Assembly (NCBI GenBank): GCA_046262435.1
Contig: JBHEMT010000071.1
Coordinates: 1-53,139, forward strand
Direction: 5' to 3'
Source of the DNA: Candidatus Dormibacteria bacterium
GTDB taxonomy: Bacteria; Chloroflexota; Dormibacteria; Aeolococcales; Aeolococcaceae
Length of the DNA stretch: 53,139 bases
Of this stretch, positions 17,849 to 28,228 are shown one piece after another (the stretch's first letter is position 1; each line of letters begins with the position of its first letter). The notes beneath the pieces were generated by a model that had not been told where the DNA came from, did not search any database, and saw only the letters and a program-made list of their open reading frames with translations. Both the position numbers and the translations under genes were made by a program.

Positions 17849-19957
17849 ATGGCGTTCGGGGGCACGAACCCGGGAGGTGGCCACTTGGTCGTACAGCGTT
17901 TCAGTCGGAAGTGGGCGGCGGTGCTGGGCACCCTGACCCTCGCTGTGGCCGCCTGCGGCAGCAGCAACGGAGGAGGAAACAGCAGCAGCGGCTCAGCCTC
18001 CGACACCCCGGTCGCCAATGCCGCCAACGGCGGCGTTCTCAACCTCGGCATCTGGCAGGAGCCCACCTCCTTCCTCGCCGCCGGCATCACCGACTCGCTG
18101 ACCTTCTCCTACCTCGAGGACGCACCGGTGACCGAGGGGCTGCTCTGGTACAAGTCCACCGACGAGACCTCGAGTGCCAAGACCATCGGCGACTACTTCA
18201 AGCCCTGGCTGGCGACTGAGGTTCCCACCGTGTCCAACGGTGACGTCAAGACCAGCGGCTGCACCCCGGTCAAGAAGAACCCGCTGCTCAACTACGACGC
18301 GCTGAGCAGCAGCGGCTCGGCCGCCTCCAGCCCCGGTGCCTCCGGTGACTCCGGCACCGTCAACCCGGCGATGTGCGTCACCTGGAAGCTGCGCGACAAC
18401 GTCACCTGGCACGACGGCACGAAGTTCAGCTCGCACGACGTCTGCGACACCTACCAGTTCTGGTACCTGAAGTACGCGGACAAGAACCCGACAGCGCTGC
18501 TCACCACCACCGGGTGGGACCAGAGCATCGACTGCACCGAGAAGGATCCGCTCACCGCGGTGGTCTCCTTCAAGTCCAAGTACGGTCCCTACCTGGCGCT
18601 TGGAACCGGCGTCTACGGCTTGCTGCCGTCCGCCATCCTCGACAAGGCGTTTGCCGCCGGTGACTCCACCCCGGACCACGCGGCCGCCAACGTCGAGATG
18701 TACAAGGCCACCGTCGACCTCAGCGTCGGCTCCAAGAACCCGTCCGCCTTCAAGGGGTCACAGACCCTCGACCTGATGATGGACGGCACCGGTCCCTTCG
18801 TCTTCGAGTCGGTCGAGGCGGGCAAGGCGATGACCCTGGTCCAGAACAAGAACTACTGGAACAAGGCGCACAAGCCTCACCTCGACGGGCTCACGTTCAA
18901 GGTGCAGTCCGACCTCACCGCCGAGGTGAACGCGGCCAAGGCCAAGGACATCGACCTCGGCTTCGACTACCGCCTCTACAACCTCAAGACCCTGCTCGAC
19001 ACCGCCAAGACGGGTGCGCTGGCGGTCCAGACGATCCCGGACTCCGGTGCCGAGAAGATCGACATGAACACCTGCGCCAACGCGAAGGGCCTGTGCGGCA
19101 CCACTGCCAAGCAGTCGCCGTTCGCCGCTGACAAGAACGTCCGCCGGGCGATTCTCACCGCCATCGACCGCCAGGACATCATCAACTCCCAGGCCGCCGG
19201 CAAGACCGTCATCCCCCAGGACGCCTGGCAGTACCTCGGAATCGAGTACATCAAGGACCCCGCCACCAACCCGCTGACCAAGTACGACCCTGCGGCGGCG
19301 ATGAAGCTCCTCGATGACAACGGCTACAAGCTGAGCCCGTCCTGTGACGGCGGTCAGACCCGCGCCAACGCGGCCGGGAAGTGCCTCGACCTCGACCTGG
19401 GCACCACCTCGAACAACCCGTCGCGCGTCGCCACCGAGTCACTGATCGCCGGCTACCTGCAGAAGGTCGGTATCCACGTGAACACCCCGTTCACCCCGAA
19501 CCTCAAGCCCGGTAAGTTCTTCGGCTCCTTCGCCGATGGTGGGCCGCTGTACACCCACAACTTCGACATGGCCGAGTACACCAACACCGTCTCCAGCCCC
19601 GCGGAGCCGGACGGGTACTACGCCGGCTACCACGCGGACTGCGGCGGCACCTGCCCCGCGGACAACCAGATTCCGGCCGCCGCCAACAAGGGCAACGGCC
19701 AGGACGACACCGGCGAGGACAACGCGGCCCTCGACAAGGAGTTCGACCTGGGCCGGCAGAGCGTCGACCTCAACGAGCGGACCAAGCACTACAAGAAGGT
19801 CGAGGCACTGCTCGCCCAGGACCTTCCTGAGATTCCCCTCTACCAGCAGGTCACGGTGAACAGCTACACCACCAAGCTGCAGCAGTTCAAGCCCAACGAC
19901 CTGGTGTGGGACTACAACAGCTTCGACTGGTTCTGCACCGCGGGTGCTTGCCATTAG
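17849..19957 (+). CDS. ABC transporter substrate-binding lipoprotein, family 5 (peptide/nickel, DppA/OppA-like), unusually long
   Basis: Lipobox LTLAVAAC followed by GSSNGGGNSSSGS. Family-5 core (VTWHDGTKFSSHDV...). ATG 17849 or TTG 17885. About 700 aa, with a Cys-bracketed Ser/Gly-rich insert. Confidence 0.8.
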   Translation: MAFGGTNPGGGHLVVQRFSRKWAAVLGTLTLAVAACGSSNGGGNSSSGSASDTPVANAANGGVLNLGIWQEPTSFLAAGITDSLTFSYLEDAPVTEGLLWYKSTDETSSAKTIGDYFKPWLATEVPTVSNGDVKTSGCTPVKKNPLLNYDALSSSGSAASSPGASGDSGTVNPAMCVTWKLRDNVTWHDGTKFSSHDVCDTYQFWYLKYADKNPTALLTTTGWDQSIDCTEKDPLTAVVSFKSKYGPYLALGTGVYGLLPSAILDKAFAAGDSTPDHAAANVEMYKATVDLSVGSKNPSAFKGSQTLDLMMDGTGPFVFESVEAGKAMTLVQNKNYWNKAHKPHLDGLTFKVQSDLTAEVNAAKAKDIDLGFDYRLYNLKTLLDTAKTGALAVQTIPDSGAEKIDMNTCANAKGLCGTTAKQSPFAADKNVRRAILTAIDRQDIINSQAAGKTVIPQDAWQYLGIEYIKDPATNPLTKYDPAAAMKLLDDNGYKLSPSCDGGQTRANAAGKCLDLDLGTTSNNPSRVATESLIAGYLQKVGIHVNTPFTPNLKPGKFFGSFADGGPLYTHNFDMAEYTNTVSSPAEPDGYYAGYHADCGGTCPADNQIPAAANKGNGQDDTGEDNAALDKEFDLGRQSVDLNERTKHYKKVEALLAQDLPEIPLYQQVTVNSYTTKLQQFKPNDLVWDYNSFDWFCTAGACH

Positions 19958-20005
19958 ACGCACCCTGAGGCGGCGGTCCAGCCGCTGACAGGTGCAACGT
20001 GGGGA

Positions 20006-20029
20006 GGGCCCCGGCCGGTGCCGGGGCCC
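20006..20029 (+). terminator. Perfect 10-bp GC hairpin between the substrate-binding-protein gene and the permease genes (terminator/attenuator candidate)
   Basis: GGGCCCCGGC-cggt-GCCGGGGCCC followed by TTCTCT. A second 8-bp hairpin (CGCCCCAC-gcaggcc-GTGGGGCG) sits at 20085..20107. Confidence 0.5.
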
Positions 20030-20128
20030 TTCTCTGCCCTCGCCGTGACTCGCCGCTGAACCGCGTTCGGAGCGGCGGTATACTCGCCCCACGCAGGCCG
20101 TGGGGCGCTCTGGGAGAGGTGGTCGCCA

Positions 20129-21181
20129 GTGTGGAGGTACGTCGTCCGCCGACTGCTTCTGGGTGTGATGACCGTGGTGGCGATCAGCTTTGTGGTCTTC
20201 ACCCTCTCCTACCTGCTGCCGGAGAAGCCCTACGCGGCGCTGGTCAACCGGCCCAACCAGTCGCAGGCCAGCAAGGACCGAATCCTGCATCGCTTCGGGG
20301 CTGACAAACCGTTCCTCGGCCAGTACGGCGTGTTTGCCAGGAACCTCACCAAGCCGTTGTGGACCTGGGCCTTCTGCTCACCCGACGGAGTGGACAACTA
20401 CAGGGCCTGCGCCCCGCACCGCCCCGAACCGCCCGACCTGGGGGAGTCGGTCGACCTCCACGACTCGGTGGCCCATGCCATCGCACTGCGCGCCCCGGCC
20501 ACCATCGTGCTGATGGGCAGCTCGTACATCTTCCAGTTGCTGATCGCCATCCCCATCGGAGTGCTCAGCGCGGTGCGGCAGTACAGCAAGCTTGACAACG
20601 TGGTGACCACCCTCTCCTTCGTGGGCATCTCGCTGCCGAACTACTGGTTCGCCTCGCTGCTGATCTTCGCCTTCGCCATCCCTCACGGCACCCACGCCGG
20701 CGTCCTGCCGGTGGGCGGGACGGGCGACCTGTCCTTCACCGCGCACGGTCTTGCCGACGTGTCCGTGCACCTGGTGCTCCCGGTGATCGTGCTCGCCGTC
20801 CAGGGCATCGCCGTCTATGCCCGGTACACGCGCTCCTCGATGCTCGACGTGCTCAGCCAGGACTACGTGCGCACCGCCAAGGCGAAGGGCCTCAGCGGCC
20901 GCGCGGTGGTGCTGCGCCATGCATTCCGCAACTCGCTGCTCCCACTGATCACCCTGTTTGGCCTCGAACTGCCCCAGCTCTTCGTGGGCGCGGTGATCAC
21001 CGAGTTCGTCTTCAACTGGCACGGCATGGGGCAGCTCTTCGTCAACCAGATCGAGGCCAACGACCTGCCCACCGTGGTCGGTCTGGTGCTGGTGCTCAGC
21101 GTCTTCGTGGTGATCGGCAACCTCTGCGCCGACCTCGCCTACACCAAGGCCGACCCGCGCATCAGCTACGAGGCGGCCTAG
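20129..21181 (+). CDS. ABC transporter permease (DppB/OppB-like)
   Basis: GTG start. N-terminus MWRYVVRRLLL. Conserved loop YVRTAKAKGLSGRAVVLRHAFRNSLLPLIT. Confidence 0.9.
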   Translation: MWRYVVRRLLLGVMTVVAISFVVFTLSYLLPEKPYAALVNRPNQSQASKDRILHRFGADKPFLGQYGVFARNLTKPLWTWAFCSPDGVDNYRACAPHRPEPPDLGESVDLHDSVAHAIALRAPATIVLMGSSYIFQLLIAIPIGVLSAVRQYSKLDNVVTTLSFVGISLPNYWFASLLIFAFAIPHGTHAGVLPVGGTGDLSFTAHGLADVSVHLVLPVIVLAVQGIAVYARYTRSSMLDVLSQDYVRTAKAKGLSGRAVVLRHAFRNSLLPLITLFGLELPQLFVGAVITEFVFNWHGMGQLFVNQIEANDLPTVVGLVLVLSVFVVIGNLCADLAYTKADPRISYEAA

Positions 21182-21183
21182 CG

Positions 21184-22152
21184 ATGGCGGTCAGTGCCCC
21201 CGCGGCGACGCCCGCCCCGGCTGCTCCCGCCGTCGACTTCGACGTCACCAAGGAGATCGGCTACTACCAGCTGGTCTGGGCTCGCTTCAAGTCTCGCCGG
21301 GTGGCGTTGGTCAGCGTGGTCGTGCTCGTCGTCCTGGGCCTCGCCTGCGGGCTGAGCGCGATCATCGAGGACTGGGGGGTGACCCAGCGCCTGGTCACGG
21401 ACCACAACATCGTCTGGCTGCGGCCTGACTTCGTCGACACCGCTCATCAGTTCGGCCAACCTTTCCAGGGTGGTCATCCGTTCGGCACGGATGAGGTGGG
21501 CCGGGACCTCTTCCACCGCACCCTCGCCGGGGGTCGGATCAGCCTGGCGGTCGGCTTTCTGGCGATGTTCGCCACCATCCTGATCGCCACCACCCTGGGA
21601 GCCATCAGTGGCTTCATCGGTGGAACGGTGGACAGCGTGATCACCGCGGTGACCAACGCGGTGCTGTCGGTCCCCGGGATCATGATCCTGGCGGTGTTCG
21701 GCAAGGTTTTCGGCCAGGGGTTCTTCACCGTGGTTCTCGGTATCTCCCTGGTCTCCTGGCCCTACACCTCGCGCATCGTCCGCTCGGTGGTGCTCTCCCT
21801 GCGCGAAAAGGAGTTCGTCGAGGCAGCGCGCTCCCTGGGCACGCAGCGCATGCGCATCGTCCTGCGCCACATCCTGCCCAACGTGCTTGGACCCATCGTG
21901 GTGTCGGCCTCGCTAACCATCGGTTCGGCGATCCTGCTGGAGTCGGCGCTCTCATTCCTCGGGATCGGGATCGGCGAGCCCACCTCGTCCTGGGGCTCGC
22001 TTCTCAACCACGGTTACCGCGCGATCACCAGCGAGGGCGACTTCTTCTACGCGCTATGGCCCGGCCTGCTCATCCTGCTCTCGGTGCTCTGCTTCAACTA
22101 CATTGGCGACGCCCTGCGCGACGCCTTCGACCCTCGCTCGCTGGAGCGCTGA
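21184..22152 (+). CDS. ABC transporter permease (DppC/OppC-like)
   Basis: EFVEAARSLGTQRMRIVLRHILPNVLGPIVV loop. Six hydrophobic segments. Starts 3 nt after the previous stop. Confidence 0.9.
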   Translation: MAVSAPAATPAPAAPAVDFDVTKEIGYYQLVWARFKSRRVALVSVVVLVVLGLACGLSAIIEDWGVTQRLVTDHNIVWLRPDFVDTAHQFGQPFQGGHPFGTDEVGRDLFHRTLAGGRISLAVGFLAMFATILIATTLGAISGFIGGTVDSVITAVTNAVLSVPGIMILAVFGKVFGQGFFTVVLGISLVSWPYTSRIVRSVVLSLREKEFVEAARSLGTQRMRIVLRHILPNVLGPIVVSASLTIGSAILLESALSFLGIGIGEPTSSWGSLLNHGYRAITSEGDFFYALWPGLLILLSVLCFNYIGDALRDAFDPRSLER

Positions 22153-23222
22153 TGCCCGCCGCCGCCGACGACGACGTCATCCTCAGCATCGAGAACCTGC
22201 GCACCCAGTTCTTCACCAACGACGGCGCGGTGCGCGCGGTCGACGGGGTGACCTACCGGGTGCGCCGCGGCGAGACCCTTGGCCTGGTCGGCGAGTCGGG
22301 GTGCGGCAAGTCGATCACCGCGATGACCGTGATGGGGCTGCTCACCAAGCCGGGCCGCCCCGTCGCCGGCCGGGTGTTCTTCGAGGGGCGCAACCTGCTG
22401 GAGCTCCCCGCCGACGAGATGGAGGCGCTGCGCGGCAACGACATCGCGATGATCTTCCAGGAGCCGATGACCGCGCTCAACCCGGTCTTCCGGGTCGGAG
22501 ACCAGATCGCCGAGAGCATCCGCCGCCACCTTGGCCTCAGCGACGAGGACGCGCGCAAGCGCGTGGTGGAACTGTTCGAGAGGGTGCGCATTCCGTCCCC
22601 CGAGCGGCGGGGGCTCGACTATCCCCACCAGCTCTCGGGGGGCATGCGGCAGCGGGTGATGATCGCCATGGCGCTGGCCTGCAACCCCAAGCTGCTCATC
22701 GCCGACGAGCCCACCACCGCGCTGGACGTCACCATCCAGGCGCAGATCCTGGCGCTCATCGACGACCTCAAGCGGACTGAGAACATGGCGGTGATCATGA
22801 TCACCCACGATCTCGGGGTGATCGCCGAGGTGGCCGACGAGGTGGCCGTGATGTACGCCGGCAAGATCGTCGAGCAGGCTTCGGTGGAGGAGATCTTCGC
22901 CTCGCCCAAGCACCCCTACACGCGCGGGCTGCTGGCGTCGATACCCTCGCAGAGCAAGCTCGGGGCGCGACTGGACGCGATCCGCGGGGTGGTGCCCCAC
23001 CCGCTCAACCTGCCGCCGGGCTGTTCGTTTGCGCCGCGCTGTCCCGACCGATTTGAGGATGGCACGTGCGACGTCGCCTTCCCCGCCCTGGAGCAGACCA
23101 GCCCCAACCACCGGGTCGCCTGCTACCTCTATTCGGAGAAGCAGGACGAGGTCCGCGGCCCGGCTGCTGATGTGGCGGTGGATCCGAGCAGCCCGGTGGC
23201 CGAGGAGGTGCTCGGCGCGTGA
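22152..23222 (+). CDS. ABC transporter ATP-binding protein (DppD/OppD-like)
   Basis: ATGA overlap at 22150-22154. [23 protein letters not shown], and the oligopeptide-type C-terminal region [14 protein letters not shown] with a Cys cluster. Confidence 0.9.
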   Translation: MPAAADDDVILSIENLRTQFFTNDGAVRAVDGVTYRVRRGETLGLVGESGCGKSITAMTVMGLLTKPGRPVAGRVFFEGRNLLELPADEMEALRGNDIAMIFQEPMTALNPVFRVGDQIAESIRRHLGLSDEDARKRVVELFERVRIPSPERRGLDYPHQLSGGMRQRVMIAMALACNPKLLIADEPTTALDVTIQAQILALIDDLKRTENMAVIMITHDLGVIAEVADEVAVMYAGKIVEQASVEEIFASPKHPYTRGLLASIPSQSKLGARLDAIRGVVPHPLNLPPGCSFAPRCPDRFEDGTCDVAFPALEQTSPNHRVACYLYSEKQDEVRGPAADVAVDPSSPVAEEVLGA

Positions 23223-25183
23223 GCCTCACCTACCTGCAGCCCAACCCTTCAACCATGCGGGTGGCGCGGGCCCTGGTGGCCACCCAGGAGTTCGTTCTCG
23301 CCCTGCTCACCGCTGTTGTGTTCTTCAGCGCCGACACCACCCTGCTCGTGATTCCGTGCCTGGTCGGCCTGGTGGCCCTGGTGCTGGCCAGCAACCGGCT
23401 GCGGGGCATGCGCCGCGACGGACTCGTCGTACTCCTGGCCGTCGAAGCGGGGCTTGTACTCGGCGGGGTGGTTGCGGTCGCCAGGGGCGCCTCGTCCCTC
23501 GCGGGGGTCACCGCGGTCCTCGCCATCGCCATCGCCGTGCTTGTGTTGCTGCCCCAGTCACTGCGCGCCTTCCGCCCGGTCGAGTACCACCGCGAGCAGA
23601 CCTCGCCCCCGGCGGCTCCTGCCCCGGGGGACACGGCACCGCGCACCAGCCTCGACGTGCTCGCCGAGGAGGCGGTGGTGCTCGATGCCGACCGCGAGGC
23701 GGAGAGCGGAGCCATCGCCGCCCCGCCGACGGCGGAGGCAGCGCTGCGCCGCCGCGACACTCCGATTGGAGCCCTGCTCACCATGGTGTTGACCGCCCTG
23801 CTTGCTCTGGGGCTGGCCCTGGTAATGGTCAAGGACGCGCTGAGCTCGCGGTCCGGTAACGGTTCGTTCGACTACGCGGGGGGGTTCGCTTTGGTCAGCC
23901 TGGCGGTGCTGGCCGTTGTCCTCGGCGTGCTCGCCTACAACCTGCGCCACCTGTCCAACGGGGTCCGCGTGGCCACCCTGGTGGTGCTCGCCGGCACGGT
24001 GCTGCTGCTCGTCGTCCTCGACACCCGTGCGCACCACCTGCGCGCGCCGACGCTGGCTGCCATCGTGGTCCTGGTGGTGGCCCTGGCCGGGCTGGTGGGC
24101 GACCCGCGTGCCCGCCGCGCGTACCGGCTCGGTCCCTTCGTACAGCCCCCCGCTGTGGAGCTGCCTCCGGACGTCCTCTACGAGATTCGCGAGCTGCGCA
24201 AGCACTACCCGGTCAAGGGTGGCTTCCTCGGCAACACGGTCGCGGAGGTCCAGGCGGTCACCGATGTCAGCCTCACCATCCGCCGTGGCGAGACGCTCGG
24301 CTTGGTGGGCGAGTCGGGTTGCGGCAAGACCACGATGGGGCGTCTGCTGTTGCGGCTGATCGAACCCACCGCCGGACAGCTGCTCTATGAGGGCCGTGAC
24401 CTGCGCTCGCTGCCCTACGAGGAGATGAAGCAGCTGCGCTCCAAGATGTCGATCATCTTCCAGGACCCGTACGCATCGCTCAACCCGCGGCTGCCCATCG
24501 GCGACATCATCGGCGAGGGGCTCTACAACGCGGGGATGCGCAACGCGGCGCAGCGGGAGACGCGGGTCGCCGACATGCTGGAGCGGGTCGGGCTGCGCAA
24601 GTACTACATCAACCGCTACCCCCACGAGTTCAGCGGCGGCCAGCGGCAACGAATCGGCATCGCCCGCGCCCTGGTCACCGAACCAACGTTCGTTGTCGCC
24701 GACGAACCGGTCTCGGCGCTGGACGTCTCCATCCAGTCGCAGGTGCTCAACCTGCTCAAGGACCTGCAGGATGAGTTCAAGCTCACCCTGGTGTTCATCT
24801 CCCACAACCTCCAGGTGGTGCAGCACGTCAGCGACCGGGTGGGGGTGATGTACCTCGGCAAGCTGGTCGAGCTGGCGCCGGCTCACGAGCTCTATGCCCG
24901 GCCCAAGCATCCCTACACCCAGGCGCTGCTCTCGGCGATCCCCATGCCAGATCCCACGCGGCGGCGGGAGCGAATCCTCATCCGCGGCGACGTGCCCTCG
25001 GCAATCAACCCGCCCACCGGCTGCCGGTTCCACACCCGGTGCCCGCTCGCTCAGGAGATCTGCGCCAGGGAGGAGCCGCTGCTCGAGCCAAAGGGGGGCG
25101 ACGAACTCCATCTCGCTGCCTGTCACTTCTCGGACACCGCGGCCGCGGAGGAGCTGGCGGCCCGGGCCGCGGTGACCGCCTAG
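23219..25183 (+). CDS. OppF/DppF-like ABC ATPase fused to a ~315-residue polytopic N-terminal membrane extension
   Basis: GTGA overlap with the OppD stop. Residues 1-315 contain about 7-8 hydrophobic helices in two blocks separated by an acidic/Pro-rich linker, with high GC3 throughout. The nucleotide-binding domain starts at about residue 318 ([38 protein letters not shown]). Confidence 0.75.
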   Translation: MSLTYLQPNPSTMRVARALVATQEFVLALLTAVVFFSADTTLLVIPCLVGLVALVLASNRLRGMRRDGLVVLLAVEAGLVLGGVVAVARGASSLAGVTAVLAIAIAVLVLLPQSLRAFRPVEYHREQTSPPAAPAPGDTAPRTSLDVLAEEAVVLDADREAESGAIAAPPTAEAALRRRDTPIGALLTMVLTALLALGLALVMVKDALSSRSGNGSFDYAGGFALVSLAVLAVVLGVLAYNLRHLSNGVRVATLVVLAGTVLLLVVLDTRAHHLRAPTLAAIVVLVVALAGLVGDPRARRAYRLGPFVQPPAVELPPDVLYEIRELRKHYPVKGGFLGNTVAEVQAVTDVSLTIRRGETLGLVGESGCGKTTMGRLLLRLIEPTAGQLLYEGRDLRSLPYEEMKQLRSKMSIIFQDPYASLNPRLPIGDIIGEGLYNAGMRNAAQRETRVADMLERVGLRKYYINRYPHEFSGGQRQRIGIARALVTEPTFVVADEPVSALDVSIQSQVLNLLKDLQDEFKLTLVFISHNLQVVQHVSDRVGVMYLGKLVELAPAHELYARPKHPYTQALLSAIPMPDPTRRRERILIRGDVPSAINPPTGCRFHTRCPLAQEICAREEPLLEPKGGDELHLAACHFSDTAAAEELAARAAVTA

Positions 25184-25186
25184 CCC

Positions 25187-26848
25187 TTGGCCGGCTCTGG
25201 GGAGGGTCCATCGGGGGGGCCCGCCGACTGGCCGTCGGTCGCGACCCCGGCGTCAAGCGGGCGGCCACCCGCCGCGTGGCTCGACCGGCTGGCGGTGGGA
25301 CGATCCTGGCTCCCTGCGATCCTGGCCGCGGCGCTTGTCGTGGTCCTGCACCTGGTCGGTCTGGGGAGTGCCCCGCCCGGCCTCTACAACGACGAGGCCT
25401 CGATCGGCTACAACGCGTGGTCGATCGCCCACACCGGCCTCGACGAGCACGGCGCTCACCTGCCGCTGTTCTTCCAGGCGTTTGGCGAGTACAAGAGTCC
25501 CGTCTACATCTACTCGCTGGCGCCTCTGACCTGGGTGGGGACGCTCTCGCCGGCGCTGGTGCGCCTGCCCGCCGCGCTCAGCGGCATCGCGATTGCGTTG
25601 CTCGCCGGCTGGCTCGCCCTGCGCTGCACCCGCTCGCGCGCCGCAACCGCCCTGACCGTGCTCAGCGCCGGCCTTGAGCCCTGGCTGTGGAGCGACAGCC
25701 GGGTCGCCTTCGAACCCATCGAGATGGTGCTGCTGCTGCTCCTGGCGGTGGTGCTCCTTGCCCGGCAGCCATCGCCACGCGGCATCGACTTCGCCCTGGC
25801 GGGTGGCGCCATCGCACTCAGCGCGTACACCTACAGCTCGGCGCGACTCTTCGGAGCGCTGTTCGCCGCGGCCGTCCTCTCCGTGCACTACGCGGGCGGG
25901 CGACGGCGGCGGACACCTGGCTGGTGGTTGCTCATCCCCGGGGTGGGGGCCGGGTACCTCGGTCTGCTGGTCTATGAACGAGCCCATCCCGGGACCCTCC
26001 TCGCCCGCTACAGCGCGATCAGCATCGGCAGCGACGGCGCGGGCGGCCTGGTGCTGCTCGGCAGGTTCGCCAGCAATTACCTGGAGTACGTCGGCCCGTC
26101 CTTCCTCTTCACCCACGGCGACGCCAACCCGCGGCACAACAGCGGGTTCGGCGGCATGCTCTCCGTGGCCATCCTCCCGGTGCTGCTGCTCGGGCTCGTG
26201 GCGCTGGCGAGGCGCCGGCGCGAGCGTTTTGCCCGGCTGGTGCTCCTCGGTCTCGTCCTCGCCCCGGTCCCGGCCGCGCTCACCGCCGAGGGGACACCGC
26301 ACGGCCTGCGGGCCACCACCATGCTGCCCTTCCTGATCGTCGCCATCGCCGTCGGCTGGGCGGAGGTGGCGAGGCTGCTGGCGGGCCACCGCGGACTCGC
26401 CGTCGCGGCCGGCCTGCTCGTGCTGAGCGGCTATGGCAGCTATCTGTGGGACTACACCGCCGAGTATCCCGGCCGGTCGGTGCTGGCCTGGGACACCGGC
26501 GAGGCCCGGGCCATCGCCGACGCCCACAGGCTCGCGGGCGGACATCGCGTCCTCGTCTCCACCACGCTGGACCAGGCCTACATTCAGGCCCTGTTCGTGC
26601 TTCGTCCCAGCCCGGCCGGCTACAACCGCAGTGGGTTGGGCGTGGCCGGGGTGCAACTGGCCTCCGGACAGGACGTCGGCGGGCTCGCACGGTCAGGAGA
26701 CACCCTGGTCCTTGCGCCGAGTGACCCGGTCCCAAGCGGCGCTCGCCTCGTCGAACAGCTCACCTACCCCATCGATCGGCACAGCTATGAGATCGCCGTG
26801 TCCGCCGCCGCACCGGTCGCCCTGCCCTCGGTCTGGCAGCAGCCCTGA
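25187..26848 (+). CDS. Membrane glycosyltransferase, GT39/ArnT-PMT_2-like (lipid-carrier-dependent)
   Basis: More than 10 TM helices. First-loop motif PPGLYNDEASIGYNAWSI (DE motif). Large C-terminal soluble domain. The start is uncertain (TTG 25187 or GTG 25295). Begins 3 nt after the ABC ATPase stop. Confidence 0.7.
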   Translation: MAGSGEGPSGGPADWPSVATPASSGRPPAAWLDRLAVGRSWLPAILAAALVVVLHLVGLGSAPPGLYNDEASIGYNAWSIAHTGLDEHGAHLPLFFQAFGEYKSPVYIYSLAPLTWVGTLSPALVRLPAALSGIAIALLAGWLALRCTRSRAATALTVLSAGLEPWLWSDSRVAFEPIEMVLLLLLAVVLLARQPSPRGIDFALAGGAIALSAYTYSSARLFGALFAAAVLSVHYAGGRRRRTPGWWLLIPGVGAGYLGLLVYERAHPGTLLARYSAISIGSDGAGGLVLLGRFASNYLEYVGPSFLFTHGDANPRHNSGFGGMLSVAILPVLLLGLVALARRRRERFARLVLLGLVLAPVPAALTAEGTPHGLRATTMLPFLIVAIAVGWAEVARLLAGHRGLAVAAGLLVLSGYGSYLWDYTAEYPGRSVLAWDTGEARAIADAHRLAGGHRVLVSTTLDQAYIQALFVLRPSPAGYNRSGLGVAGVQLASGQDVGGLARSGDTLVLAPSDPVPSGARLVEQLTYPIDRHSYEIAVSAAAPVALPSVWQQP

Positions 26849-26903
26849 TCCCCGCGGGAGCCGGGGACTGGCGCTTGGTATCGTGACCTGCATGGAGGGA
26901 CGG

Positions 26904-28070
26904 ATGGGCGACGCGGTGATCGTCGAGTCGGTGCGCACCCCGATGGGGCGGGGCAACCCGCGCAACGGCGAGTTGCGCGATGTCCACCCCGTGCAACTGG
27001 CCGCGCATGTCCTGCGCGAGCTCTGCACGCGAGCCGGGATCGAGCCCCGCCTGGTCGAGGACGTCGTGTTCGGCTGCGTCAGCCAGACCGGTGAGCAGGG
27101 GGTCAACATCGCCCGGCAGGCGGTGCTCGCCGCCAACTTCCCGGTCGAGGTACCCGCGACCACCGTCGATCGCCAGTGCGGCTCATCCCAGCAGGCGCTG
27201 CACTTCGCTGCCAACCTGATCACCTCGGGCGTGTGCGACATCACCATCGCAGCCGGCGTGGAGAGCATGAGCCGGGTCCCGATGGGTTCGACATTTCTCC
27301 AGGGCCCCGGGGTTCCCTTTCCACCCGAGCTGCTCGAGGCCTACAACCTGGTCAACCAGGGGTTGGCCGCCGAGATGATCGCCACCCGGTGGGGAATCGA
27401 CCGGCGAGCCTGCGACGAGTTCGCCGCCGAGTCGCAACGCCGCGCCGCCGCCGCGCAGGCAGCCGGTCACTTCGACAGAGAGATTGCCCCGGTGCCGGTC
27501 GGCAGCAACGGCGACAGTCGCCTGGTGGGCCAGGACCAGGGCATCCGACCGGAGACGACTGCCGCCACCCTGGCCCAGCTGGTGCCGTCGTTCCGGCCCG
27601 ACGGTGTACTCCACGCGGGCAACTCATCCCAGCTCACCGACGGCGCCGCCGCGGTGCTGCTGATGTCGCGGACCCGGGCCGCCGAGCTGGGCCTCACGCC
27701 CCGTGCCCGAGTCCGGGCTCAGGCGGTCGTCGGTGTTGACCCGGTGACCATGCTGACCGGCCCGATCCCGGCCACCACCCGGGTGCTGGAGCGGGCTGGG
27801 ATGAGCCTCGACGACGTGGACCTCATTGAGATCAACGAGGCGTTCGCACCGGTCGTCCTCGCCTGGGAGCAGGAGCACCACCCTGACATGGAGCGGGTCA
27901 ACGTCAACGGCGGTGCCATCGCCCTCGGCCACCCGCTCGGTGCCACCGGCGCCCGGTTGCTGACCACCCTGCTCCACGAGTTGGAGCGTCGCGATCTGCA
28001 GGTGGGACTGGAGACGATGTGCTGCGGTGGTGGGCTCGGTACCGCCACGATCATCGACCGCGACGTCTGA
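26904..28070 (+). CDS. Acetyl-CoA C-acetyltransferase (thiolase)
   Basis: Active-site QCGSSQQA, NVNGGAIALGHPLGATG, and CCGGGLGTA at the C-terminus. ATG 26904 is preceded by GGAGGGA (26894-26900). ATG 26892 is an alternative. Confidence 0.9.
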   Translation: MGDAVIVESVRTPMGRGNPRNGELRDVHPVQLAAHVLRELCTRAGIEPRLVEDVVFGCVSQTGEQGVNIARQAVLAANFPVEVPATTVDRQCGSSQQALHFAANLITSGVCDITIAAGVESMSRVPMGSTFLQGPGVPFPPELLEAYNLVNQGLAAEMIATRWGIDRRACDEFAAESQRRAAAAQAAGHFDREIAPVPVGSNGDSRLVGQDQGIRPETTAATLAQLVPSFRPDGVLHAGNSSQLTDGAAAVLLMSRTRAAELGLTPRARVRAQAVVGVDPVTMLTGPIPATTRVLERAGMSLDDVDLIEINEAFAPVVLAWEQEHHPDMERVNVNGGAIALGHPLGATGARLLTTLLHELERRDLQVGLETMCCGGGLGTATIIDRDV

Positions 28071-28228
28071 GCCCTGCGCGTTGCCTGTCCAGGCGGCGTG
28101 CCCGCGGCCCCGCACAACCCGGTTTCGGCGCTCTTCACCGGCAGGTAACGAGTTCGTACCGCCGGTTTTTCCGGTGGTACACTCGGCCGGCTGTTAGCCA
28201 ACGATCAAACGCGGAGCCGGCCGGACTG

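Noticed and set aside
28156-28180. 10-bp hairpin GTACCGCCGG-ttttt-CCGGTGGTAC (one G-U pair) upstream of the orphan receiver gene.
   Set aside because: It is about 85 nt downstream of the thiolase stop, is not followed by a U-tract, and overlaps a possible TACACT -10 element. Its role as terminator, operator or nothing cannot be decided from sequence.
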